The notes under the pieces are model-generated. The model did no database searches, had not been told where the DNA came from, and saw nothing but the letters and a program-made list of their open reading frames with translations. A stretch of DNA of 63,988 nt, counting the filler, from Octopus bimaculoides (lineage: Eukaryota): NCBI RefSeq assembly GCF_001194135.2. It is 5 parts of 5 records of this genome, joined end to end, with 100 filler letters (N's around TTAATTAATTAA, not from the genome) between each part and the next. Parts side by side here need not be neighbours in the genome. Positions count along the whole stretch, not along the records: positions 1 to 15,691 come from NC_068983.1; 4 more parts are not named here. One strand, 5' to 3'. Shown in pieces: positions 1-9,636 of this stretch (within the stretch, counting starts at the first letter, position 1; each line of letters begins with the position of its first letter). Both the position numbers and the translations under genes were made by a program.

Positions 1-372
1 ACTCCATCGCTTACGACGTCGAGGGTTCCAGTTGATCCGATCAACGGAACAGCCTGCTCGTGAAATTAACGTGCAAGTGGCTGAGCACTCCACAGGCACG
101 TGTACCCTTAACGTAGTTCTCGGGGATATTCAGCGTGACACAGTGTGACAAGGCTGACCCTTTGAATTACAGGTACAACAGAAACAGGAAGTAAGAGTGA
201 GAGAAAGTTGTGGTCAAAGAGTACAGCAGGGTTCGCCACCATCCCCTGCTGGAGCCTCGTGGAGCTTTAGGTGTTTTCGCTCAATAAACACTCACAACGC
301 CCAGTCTAGGAATCAAAACTGCGATCCTATGACCACGAGTCCGCTATCCTAACCACTGGGCCATTGCGCCTT
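1..372 (-). mobile_element. tRNA-derived SINE (type E), head at right end
   Basis: Reverse complement starts GGCGCAATGGCCCAGTGGTTAGG...GATCGCAGTTTTGATTCCTAG, i.e. Pol III A/B-box-like head. A related head is at 17409-17477 (+). Confidence 0.6.
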
Positions 373-487
373 CACTCCCATTTCACTATCTCTGAGAATA
401 CCCACAACCTTTACAATTTACAATGTTGCCAACATCTTTGATGGAATATTTTGGTAATCATAGCTAAATTTCTATTTTTATCTGCAG

Positions 488-602
488 GTTGATGAACAAA
501 TCATGCTTCTATTCAAACAGCTACGATTGACAGATAAAGAACTGCAGAAGAGAGATGAGTTTTGCAAGCTTTTCCGAAATATTTTGAATCCTTATTTTCC
601 TG
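488..602 (+). CDS. TUT1: TUT1/Star-PAP-like nucleotidyltransferase, first coding exon visible in window (VDEQIMLLFKQLRLTDKELQKRDEFCKLFRNILNPYFP)
   Basis: ctgcAG acceptor at 486-487 and GTaatt donor at 603. 115 nt, open, ends phase 1 and joins the next exon in frame. Helix pattern preceding the palm of non-canonical PAP/TUTases. Upstream exons lie outside the window. Confidence 0.8.
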
Positions 603-759
603 GTAATTAATTAATCTAAAACTAATTTAAAAACTCAAAAGAGAATTTTCTAGGAGTTTGGTTTATTTTTTATTTAAAAATATGAGAAATTTTATATTTT
701 CATCTTTTAGCTTCTATCTTGTGATTACTTTAGTCATTGGACAGCAGCCATTGCTGCTG

Positions 760-1110
760 AATTAGTCAAGCAGATCGACCTTAGTTCTTATTTTTTAAGA
801 CTGGTACTTACTCTGTGTCTTTTGCTGAACTGCTAAGTTACAGGGATGTAAACAAACTAACACCTGTTGTCAAGTGGTGGCACAAAGACGTATGCACATT
901 CACACAGCATGGAACATGGATGCTAGAAAAAAATAAAGCATATGGCAGGCTTCCACTCAGTTTCTGCTTACCAGATTCGCTCACATGACATTGGTCAGTT
1001 CAAAGTTGTAGTAGAAGATACTTGCCCAAGGTGCTGCACAGTGGGACTGAACCCAAAACCACGTGATTACAAAGCAAGTTTTGGTAACCTCACAGCCATA
1101 CCTGTGCCCA
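760..1110 (-). mobile_element. Decayed modular SINE pieces (A-type 3' module ~760-880, B-type tRNA/CORE-like head ~945-1110)
   Basis: Matches other in-window copies (gtagaagatacttgcccaaggtgc...gtgggactgaaccc). Confidence 0.65.
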
Positions 1111-1379
1111 TTTTTGTTGACTAATTTAGAAGAAAATTTCCATTTTGTATTTTCTGTTTTTCTTCATGTAAACTTCTAATTACCACCTTGTAGCAGATAA
1201 ATAAATAAGTTGAACCCTTCTCACTTTCTGAATCCCTGTAAAAGATCATAGATTCTGCCTTCCCTTCTGGCTAAACTTTTTTTTTAAATTCTAAATTTAT
1301 CTTATCAGTTTTTATTTCATTTCATAATTTTAGTCTCTTTGTGAGAAGAAATTATTAATATTTTTTCCCCCCATTGTTT

Positions 1380-1760
1380 TAACATTCACTTTTTCATGCT
1401 CACATAAGTCAGACAATTCGTTTAGGCAGAGTTTTCTATGGCTGGATGCTCTTCCTGTCACCAACCCTTATGCTAGGTAATATTTGTCCATGACCAGACA
1501 TGTTATCACAGAAGATTGGAAACATAAAACATTGAACTATCATGTGACATAAAACCAAAGAGACAGTAACATGCATGCGTCTGAATACGCACACACTTGT
1601 TGGGTATCTCTGAGATTCTATCTACCACATCCACTCACAAGGTTTTAGTTGGTCTGTTCTGAGGCTATAGTAGAAGACATTTGCCCAAGGTGCCACTCAG
1701 TGGAAGTGAACTGCAAACCATGTAGTTTGTGAGCAAACTTCTTACCACACAGCCATGCCT
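1380..1760 (-). mobile_element. SINE: B-type head + D-type (GAT)n-ending tail
   Basis: Head at 1600-1760 matches the B copies. Left part contains tttctatggctggatgctcttcctgtcaccaacc, the D-tail motif. Confidence 0.65.
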
Positions 1761-1881
1761 GTTGGAAGGAATAATATCCCTTGTTAATATTTTAAAATAA
1801 TGAAATTGCTTTTGTTGTTTTTATTTTTTTTCTTATCTAACTTGAGCTTTTTATTTCTATTTTGTTATAATATATTTCTAG

Positions 1882-1979
1882 GTTGTTCTGTTAGTCTCTT
1901 TGGATCTTCGGTTAATGGATTTGGTGTTAGAGGCTGTGATATCGATGTGTTCCTGGATCTTCATAGACCAATGCCTAAA
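1882..1979 (+). CDS. TUT1: TUT1-like exon with catalytic signature (GCSVSLFGSSVNGFGVRGCDIDVFLDLHRPMPK)
   Basis: ttctAG acceptor at 1880-1881 and GTgagt donor at 1980. FGSS-x-NGFG-x3-CDID is the pol-beta-type NTase hG[GS]x9-13DhD motif. Confidence 0.9.
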
Positions 1980-2237
1980 GTGAGTCACACTGCCTTCATT
2001 GTCTGCAAAATCATTTCCAATACAGATTTGCTTCTCAAATTCTGGGTTTGATCCCTTCACATGTCCTATTGGGAAAATGTCCTCTCATTAGAATCTGGGA
2101 ATGATAAACCAGTAGCAGCAACAGTAGTAATTGTTGTTGTTGTTTGGTTCCCATATTGACCCTGATTGAACTGATCTACAAAGACATTCCAGCCATGAGC
2201 ATCCTGACTTTTATTTTTCAGACAGTAGCGCATGGCT

Positions 2238-2525
2238 TCATCATCATCGTTTAACGTCTGCCTTCCATGCTGGCATGGGTTGGACGATTTGACTGAGGAC
2301 TGGTGAACCGGATGGCTACACCAGACTCCAATCTGATCTGGCAGAGTTTCTACGGCTGGATACCCTTCCTAACGCCAACCACTCCAAGAGTGTAGTGGGT
2401 GCTTTTACATGCCACCGGCACGAGGACCAGTCACATGGTACTGGCAACGGCCATGGTCAAAATGGTGTTTTTTACGTGCCACCTGCACAGGAGCCAGTCC
2501 GGCGGCGCTGGCAATGACCTCGCTC
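2238..2525 (-). mobile_element. D-type SINE/LINE 3' tail ending in (GAT)n
   Basis: catcatcatcgtttaacgtc...ccatgctggcatgggttgga...tttctacggctggatacccttcctaacgccaacc. Similar copies at ~4705-4880, 7305-7520, 13645-13850 and 14995-15125. Confidence 0.7.
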
Positions 2526-2662
2526 AAGAAAGATATTTCTATTTCAACTGAATCACTCACATAGTCTTAGCTTGACAATGGTAGTAGTGATGGTGGTGGT
2601 AGCAGCGGCAGCAGCAGTAGTAGTCTTTTGCCTAGTCTCATTATCAATATTGTAATTCACAG

Positions 2663-2734
2663 ATGGACTGGAGGCAAGTAAGAGTGGTCAGTGTGGAATA
2701 CAAAACATCTTTACCCTGTAAACTTATGTCCAGG
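2663..2734 (+). CDS. TUT1: TUT1-like exon in palm insertion (MDWRQVRVVSVEYKTSLPCKLMSR)
   Basis: tcacAG acceptor at 2661-2662 and GTgaga donor at 2735. 72 nt, phase 0-0, open. Frame-neutral, so its inclusion is inferred rather than required. Confidence 0.6.
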
Positions 2735-3707
2735 GTGAGATAATGAGTATTAATCTAATTTTGCAATTACAAGGTAGAAAGTCAATTTAAAATACTAGGG
2801 TTTTATTTATGCTGTTTCTTTACCCCTATTCTTGGTATCATACAACCCAGCACAGTATTAGGGGCTGTTTGGGTGAGGTTTTTTTTAATTTTATTTTTCT
2901 GGCATCTTTAATCATTCCAAAGATTTTAGTACTTGTTTCACATCTTTTTGTTTCCTTTCATAGCATGTTGTGTATTTTTAATTAAATGGTTTACACAAGA
3001 TGAAGTGGCTACATCCTTCCTAGGTACTACCACCCGCCCTTATACAATGTAGTTTAGCCTTGTATTCCGCTCAATGACAAAACACCTATGCTTGTCTCTA
3101 TACCATACATTAGCTTTTCAACACCTGAAACATTGCCACTTCTCCTTCTCAGACACACCCCTCTCCTATTTACCAGAATTTTCTTTCTTCAGTTGATTCT
3201 CAAGGTCCTTGCCTTTGCTCTTTATAATTAAAAAATTGCATATGTCAATTGTCATAATACCAGAAGCAGAGTGGTTATATCTACAGCCCTTTTCATGGCT
3301 TCTGAGATGAGGGGGAAGTCATCCTCAAACAGGATATCTAGCTCAAATGCTTGCAACAGTGTGTACTTCATTGAAGGCAACCAAGTCTCTCATGAATTCT
3401 CTAGAACAGTAACAGCCCTTCTGATGTTCTGCCAAATTTCAACCACAAAGCTTTGATTGACCTGGCTCTCTGATAGAAGACATTTGCTGCCGAGGGTGGT
3501 ACACCAGCCCTGTTGCCATACTGCTTATTCAGCTCTATATTATGATGTTCTTTCAACATCACATCATTCAAAATGTGAGTACAGGACATTGTATCATACT
3601 GCATCACCTGATCTGTCTGGATCTTTTCTATAGATAACCTATCAAATCTACCTGTCTGTCTTTACATACACATTCATTCATTCATTTATGTTTATGTTTT
3701 TTTATAG

Positions 3708-3952
3708 GAGTTGAAGGAACAATCAAATGATGCTAGCCCCAGTCTGAAATTTATTAAAAACCAGGCGGTTCCCATGGACGAGTTTCTTCAATTAACGGCC
3801 TATAAACAAGTTCGATTTCTTCAAAAGATTTTGAGTAAACATCTCAGGGATACATTTGGCAATTTCTTCCCCATACCGAGTGTCCAGTGTCCAATTGTCC
3901 GGTTTATTCACAAAAAATCCAACATCACCTTTGACTTATCTCTCCAAAACAA
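3708..3952 (+). CDS. TUT1: TUT1-like exon (ELKEQ...PIPSVQCPIVRFIHKKSNITFDLSLQNK), third catalytic Asp
   Basis: ttatAG acceptor at 3706-3707 and GTaagg donor at 3953. CPIVRF...FDLS..N motif of the TUT/PAP palm. Confidence 0.88.
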
Positions 3953-4057
3953 GTAAGGAATTTTATTCATTTTTTTATGAGTTTGTCATTAGATTTTGGC
4001 CCTCCTGGGGCACTGCCTTGAAAAAAAAATTTAATCAATGAAATCCTCAATATATAG

Positions 4058-4490
4058 GTGTAGTTGTGGCTGTGTGGTAAAGCAGCTTGCTTCCCAACTA
4101 TGTGGTTTCAAGTTCAGTCCTACTGTGTGGCTCTTTGGACAAATATCTTCTGATATTGCTCTGGGTTGACCAAAGCCATGTGAGTGGATTTGGTTGATGT
4201 ACGTGCACACGCACACTTGTGTGTTTGTGTGTGACCTTTTCTTGACATCATGCAATGGTTGTAAACGAGAAGAATTGCTGTTATACAAGCAGTGTGAGGG
4301 GTTTTTTTTTCTTTTTCTTTTTTTCCTAGTCTTCTTTGAAAAACATGTCTGATCATAGGGAAATATTAATTTGATTAGAAACAGGTGATTGTTGGCAACA
4401 GAAAGGGCATATGACTATAGAAAATCTGCCTCCAAAAAGATAGTGTTTCACCCATGGAAGCAGGAAATTTGGACATTAAACGATATGTTT
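4058..4490 (+). mobile_element. SINE: B-type head + (GT) hinge + D-type tail, sense orientation in TUT1 intron
   Basis: ggtgtagttgtggctgtgtggtaaagcagcttgcttcccaac head, then ttggcaacagaaagggcat...gaaaatctgcctc...ggacattaaacgat tail. Confidence 0.65.
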
Positions 4491-5124
4491 GGAAACATAT
4501 GTAAAATGGCCAACTTAGCCTGTTACGTCCCTTGAAGAAGTAACTTGCCTTGTAGGAATAGCTTCTGCATGGAATCTACTGGTACACGCATCATCATTTT
4601 ACACACACTGGCATGGTTTCTATTTTGGATGTCCTTCCTAACATTAATCACTACTGAGTACAATGGTTGCATTTTATCATGGCACCAATAGCAAGGTTCA
4701 TTGCCACCATCATTTAATGTCCAATGTCCATGCTGGCATGGTTTGGACAGTTTGACCAGAGCTAACAAGTTGGGGAACCGCACCAGACTCCAGTCTGTTC
4801 TGGTGTGTTTTCAACTGCTGGATGTACTTCCTAGTGCCAGCCACTTACAGTGTGTGCTGGGCGCTTTTATGTGGCACCTCGTGTTGTTAAATATCTACTC
4901 AGCTGAACAAAAAGAGTCCTCACAAACTGGTAGCGTTTCTCCTCACTCACCAACCTTTTGGGTGCATTTTATCATGACACAAGCAAGCGAGATTGCCTTA
5001 TGATCCTGCAAGGCTAAAGAATTCTCACTCCTTGTTCAGGATGGCATGATCAAAAAGGCAAAGAGAAGGTGATGACTGAGGATTAAATAGAGACAGAATG
5101 TAGGAGGGTACCAGTCATTCTGAG

Positions 5125-5285
5125 TTCAAATTCTGCCATGGTCGACTTTGCCTTTTAATGCAATATTTAAATTATGATTTCAGGGTCGATAAATTTAAGT
5201 ACCAGTGAAACATTGGGGTTGATGTAATCGACTAATCCTCTCCTCCAAAACTTCAGGCCTTGTGCCTATAGTAGAATGGATTATT
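5125..5285 (+). mobile_element. C-type SINE fragment
   Basis: ttctgagttcaaattctgccatggtcgactttgcc...ggtcgataaatttaagtaccag...ggggttgatgtaatcgac. Confidence 0.7.
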
Positions 5286-5486
5286 ATAATTGCTTTTTTT
5301 AATAGAAATTATTGTTTCTGTAATGAATCTCTATGATATTGTTCTTACTATGTTTGTAATGAACTTCTGATATTATTGCTAATTATTATCATGATCCTCT
5401 TGTATGATTACTTTAACTGTCTGTAACGAACCATTAATATTATTGCAAGTATTATAACGAGCCTCTGGCTTAATTAATTCTTCAAG

Positions 5487-5710
5487 GAATGGATTACACA
5501 ATACAGTTCTTCTCAAATACTTCTCATCATATGAATGGAGGGTCGCCCCTTTGGTGTGCATTATCCGGTTATGGGCTAAGTACCAGAAGTTAGCGAGTAT
5601 TGGTGGCACAAGTTTTTCCAGCTATTCAATCACCTTACTTATTCTGTTTTTCTTACAAAACACTCAACCTGCGGTCCTACCATCTGTCAAAGAACTTATA
5701 GAACTGTGTA
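5487..5710 (+). CDS. TUT1: TUT1-like exon (NGLHNTVLLKYFSSYEWRVAPLVCIIRLWAKYQKL...FSSYSITLLILFFLQNTQPAVLPSVKEL)
   Basis: ttcaAG acceptor at 5485-5486 and GTaagt donor at 5711. NT.LL / IR.WAK / SSY...L..FFLQ...P.VLP motifs of non-canonical PAP central domain. Confidence 0.9.
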
Positions 5711-6540
5711 GTAAGTCCCTTCGTTTTCTTCTTTCTCTCTTTTTTTTTTTTGTTGTCTTTATTCTTATATGTCTTATTAACCCTTCAGCATTTAAACTGG
5801 CCAAAATATTCTGCCTCTTCTATATTCAAACTGACCAAATCCAGCCTCTCACACATACAGCTCGACTGTTTTTATATTAGGTGCAAACACCAAATCACAG
5901 ATAAGAAGACGTAAATGCACACAATAGAGAAAGCATATGATAACTGTATTCTTGTTAAGTGAGTGTGATACCTTGTCACTGTTTGGGACCTTAAAAGTTG
6001 AGCTAAGTTCCAACACTCTGTACATTACCACAATTGATTGTTTTAGATACAGGTAACGTTTTTAAGACTGAAGAGAGATCTTGCTGAATTAAGTACAGCG
6101 AATACCATTTGCTTCTCTGTCCTCCAGATCTGTATCCCTTTTGCACTCTAGAGTAGTGATTCCCAAAATTTTTTGAGTTGAGACGTCACTGGTGCCAAGC
6201 TGTATCGGCCTTTGCCTTTTCCTTGGATAACATCAGTGGCGTGGAGAGGAGACGCAGGTATGCATGGGCGATTGCTGGTCTTCCATAAACAACCTTGCAA
6301 ACATTTGTGCCTCAGAGGGTAACTTTCTAAGTGCAATCCCATGGTCATTCCTAGCTGAAGGGGGTCTTTACCCGTTACACTTTATTTTGTTAACAAGTTT
6401 CATCAACCCATACCTTGGTGGAAAACGATTGTCAAAACAGAGATGATAATCAAACATGTAAAATCTTATCTTTGATAGGTTATTGTTACTTTATATTCAT
6501 TTTCCTTGCCTCACCATTTTTCTCTGAATCTGTTATACAG

Positions 6541-6639
6541 CTCCAGAAGAAACAAATATCGTAGATGACTGCAACTATTCCTGTCCCAAGAGACCTCCAG
6601 AGCAAGTTTTACCACCAAGCAAGAACACAGATAATTTAG
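6541..6639 (+). CDS. TUT1: TUT1-like exon (TPEETNIVDDCNYSCPKRPPEQVLPPSKNTDNL)
   Basis: atacAG acceptor at 6539-6540 and GTaaga donor at 6640. 99 nt, phase 1-1. S.NT..L precedes the PAP-associated domain. Too short for the ORF track. Confidence 0.82.
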
Positions 6640-6820
6640 GTAAGAAGCTCAGGCAAAAGGCAGTATCGATAGAACAGCAGAGAAAAATTCCTGGTGCTAT
6701 TTAATTCCATCAATTTATATTCTGATTTCAAATCTTGCTGGGATACACTTTGTCTTTTGTATACTTCCAGGATTGATAAAATAATGACCAGTAACGAAGT
6801 GGGGGGCTGAGAGAATTGAC

Positions 6821-7190
6821 TCTTTTACTTGTTTCAGTCATTTGACTTCGGCCATGCTGGAGCACCGCCTTTAGTCGAGCAAATCGACCCCAGGACTTAT
6901 TCTTTGTAAGCCTAGTACTTATTCTATCGGACTCTTTTGCCGAACTGCTATGTTACAGGGATATAAACACACCAGCATCGGTTATCAAGCAATGTTGGGG
7001 GACAAACACAAACACACACATATATACGACGGGCTTCTTTCAGTTTCGATCTACCAAATCCACCCACAAGGCTTTGGTCGGACCAAGGCTATAGTAGAAG
7101 ACACTTGCCCAAGGTGCCATGCAGTGGGACTGAACCCAGAACCATCTGGTTGGGAAGCAAGCTACTTACCATACAGCCACTCCTGCGCCT
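6821..7190 (-). mobile_element. Full modular SINE (B head + short microsatellite hinge + A tail)
   Basis: Near-identical to copies at 8191-8573, 14228-14642, 22390-22818 and 54108-54535. The reverse-complement head has A/B-box-like motifs and ACCTTGGGCAAGTGTCTT, resembling the CORE-SINE motif. Confidence 0.85.
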
Positions 7191-8039
7191 CTTCATTATT
7201 CTCAAAACTTAAACCCTTGTGTCAGAGACTAAGACATCGTTGAAGACCCCCCCCCCCAAATCAAAATGTCATCTGGTGTTTGATTTTTCATCTCCCTCTA
7301 ATCCTCATCATTTAGCTTTCACTTTCCATGCTGGCATGGGTTGGATGGTTTAACAGGAGCTGGCCAGGTAGAAGACTGCACCATACTTCTGTGTCTCTTT
7401 TGGCATAGTTTTTGCGGTTGGATGCCGCAGCAGAGTCGACTGAGTGCTTTTTACAGCTGGATGCCCTTCCAAACGCCAACCACTTTACCGTGTGGACTAG
7501 ATGTATTGCTTTTAACATGGTGCATCCATGAGAGATACTATTTCAGGACAAATACTGCAGCAACTGGCATATCAATAGCTTGTGTACATTTAGTATAATA
7601 TGTAGATAGCTATTTTAATTTAATACTGCCTCAAATGAATATACTTGATTTTTAATCAGTCAGATGGCTGTTCATGATATCAGTGAACGTTTTATTTATG
7701 GCCTCCTATACTGGAGGCAAAGAATTCTCATCCAGGCATGTGGCTGGTTGTAAGTACACATTGAAATGGCCAAAAGGCATCTGGCATTCTTGCTGGCCAC
7801 TGCAAGGACAATTTTTGTCTCACTCTATTCACTATGTCTTTAACACAGCACATCCATATGAGATGTTACCTCGGGATAAATACCACAGCAACTGGCCTAT
7901 CAGTGGGGTATATACATTATTATACATCAATGACCAAACCGGGTTTCTAATGTTACTGTTATTTCATTTACTACTATTCTTCATTCACTATTGCTCCTAC
8001 AATCGTCAATCTTTAAATATGTAACTTCTATGTTTGCAG

Positions 8040-8170
8040 AGACTCTATTATATAAATTCTTTGACTTCTACTTACACATCGACTATGAAAGTACTGTGAT
8101 ATCAACGCACACCGGCCAGCTTCTGCCACGGTCCAACTTTGAAAATGATCCAGAGCTTAAAACTTTTAAG
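8040..8170 (+). CDS. TUT1: TUT1-like exon, PAP-associated domain (ETLLYKFFDFYLHIDYESTVISTHTGQLL...KTFK)
   Basis: ttgcAG acceptor at 8038-8039 and GTttgt donor at 8171. LL..FF.FY...D....VIS...G motif. Confidence 0.88.
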
Positions 8171-8190
8171 GTTTGTAGTAATTTGTCATC

Positions 8191-8383
8191 TCTCTTTTAC
8201 TTGTTTCAGTCATTTGACTGTGGCCATGCTGGAGCACCGCTCTTTAGTCGAACAGATCGATCCCAGGACTTATTCTTTGTAAGCTGAGTACTTATTCTAT
8301 TGGTCTCTTTTGCCGAACCGCTAGGTTACGGGGGACATAAACACACCAGCATCGGTCGTCAAGCGATGTTGTGGGGGACAAAC

Positions 8384-8417
<34 letters not shown>

Positions 8418-8573
8418 GACGGGCTTCTTTGAGTTTCTGGCAACCAAATCCACTCACAAGGCTTTGGTCGGCCCGAGGCTATAGTAGAAGACACTTGCCC
8501 AAGGTGCCACACAGCGGGACTGAACCAGGAACCATGTGGTTCGTAAGCAAGCTACTTACCACACAGCCACTCC
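8191..8573 (-). mobile_element. Full modular SINE (B head + (AT)n + A tail), ~20 nt from exon donor
   Basis: Same structure as 6821-7190 with a longer (AT)n hinge. Confidence 0.85.
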
Positions 8574-9119
8574 ATGTTTTTTTTAAAATTATTTTATCAT
8601 ATTTGCTGAGTAAATAACACTGCCTTTCAATGTGTATTTCCAGCTTCTCTGCTACTTCCTCAAGTTATGATGAGATTTTGTTCCACCAGGGTTTGCAGGA
8701 CATCCTCTTCAAGCTCTTCTAGGCTATAGTTTCTGACTTGGAATTTCTGGAATCACCGTTCATGCTTATTGTCCTCTACTATTGGCACCTCTGACTCCTC
8801 TTTATGTAATTAAGTGATTGTGGCCTACATATCTCAAAGTATGTGCATACGCTTGTACTTTGAGTCGGCCTATAGGTTATAACTGGTTTAGATTCAAGAA
8901 TAAAGACATTGTGAGTCGCAGTCGGTATAGTTTTACTGACTCTGACTCCAGCTACCCATTAATCATTTGCGACTCTGACATAAATAAAGCATGGCTATGT
9001 AGTTATAAAGTTTGCTTTGCAACCATTGTGTAGGTCCTTAGATAGTGACCGATGACTTCTGAATGAAATTTAATATACAGCTATATAAATACACACAAAA
9101 GGCCTCATACAGTTTCTGT

Positions 9120-9485
9120 ATATCATCACTTTAACATCCACTTTTTCATGTTTGCATGGGTTTGATGGAGGTCATTGAGATGGATTTTCTCTGGCCAGAT
9201 GCTGTTCCTGTCACCAAATTGGTTTTAGGGCTTCGTTGTTTTCAAATAAGCTTATATTTCCCCCATGGCCAGGCATGTTTCTGCAGAATACTGGAAATTA
9301 GATTTGCAACAATCAATCAGTGTCAAGACAAGGAAACATACATATATATTATATACGATGGGCTTCTTTCAGTTTCTGTCTACCAAATCCACTCACAAGG
9401 CTTTGGTTGGCCCAAGGCGCCAGGCAGCAGGACTGAACCTGAAACCTTGTGGTTGGGAAGCAAACTTAAGAAGCACATAGCCACA
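9120..9485 (-). mobile_element. SINE: B head (internally deleted) + AT hinge + D tail
   Basis: tacgatgggcttctttcagtttctgtctaccaaatccactcacaagg at right, catcatcactttaacatcc...gcatgggtttg at left. Confidence 0.65.
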
Positions 9486-9636
9486 AATACATTATATGTG
9501 AGGTAATTATCTGGGTCATGTAACATGTAAGCAGCATCACCATGTAGTAGCATGAAAAACAGTTGAAATAGTAAGAAAACCCACCAGAAAAAAAAATGTT
9601 AATTAAAATGTAATCTTTTTTTGTCTGTCTTTTCAG

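Noticed and set aside
6152-6435. hAT-like MITE in TUT1 intron (agtgattcccaaa left end)
   Set aside because: Right TIR too degenerate and no 8-bp TSD identifiable by eye.
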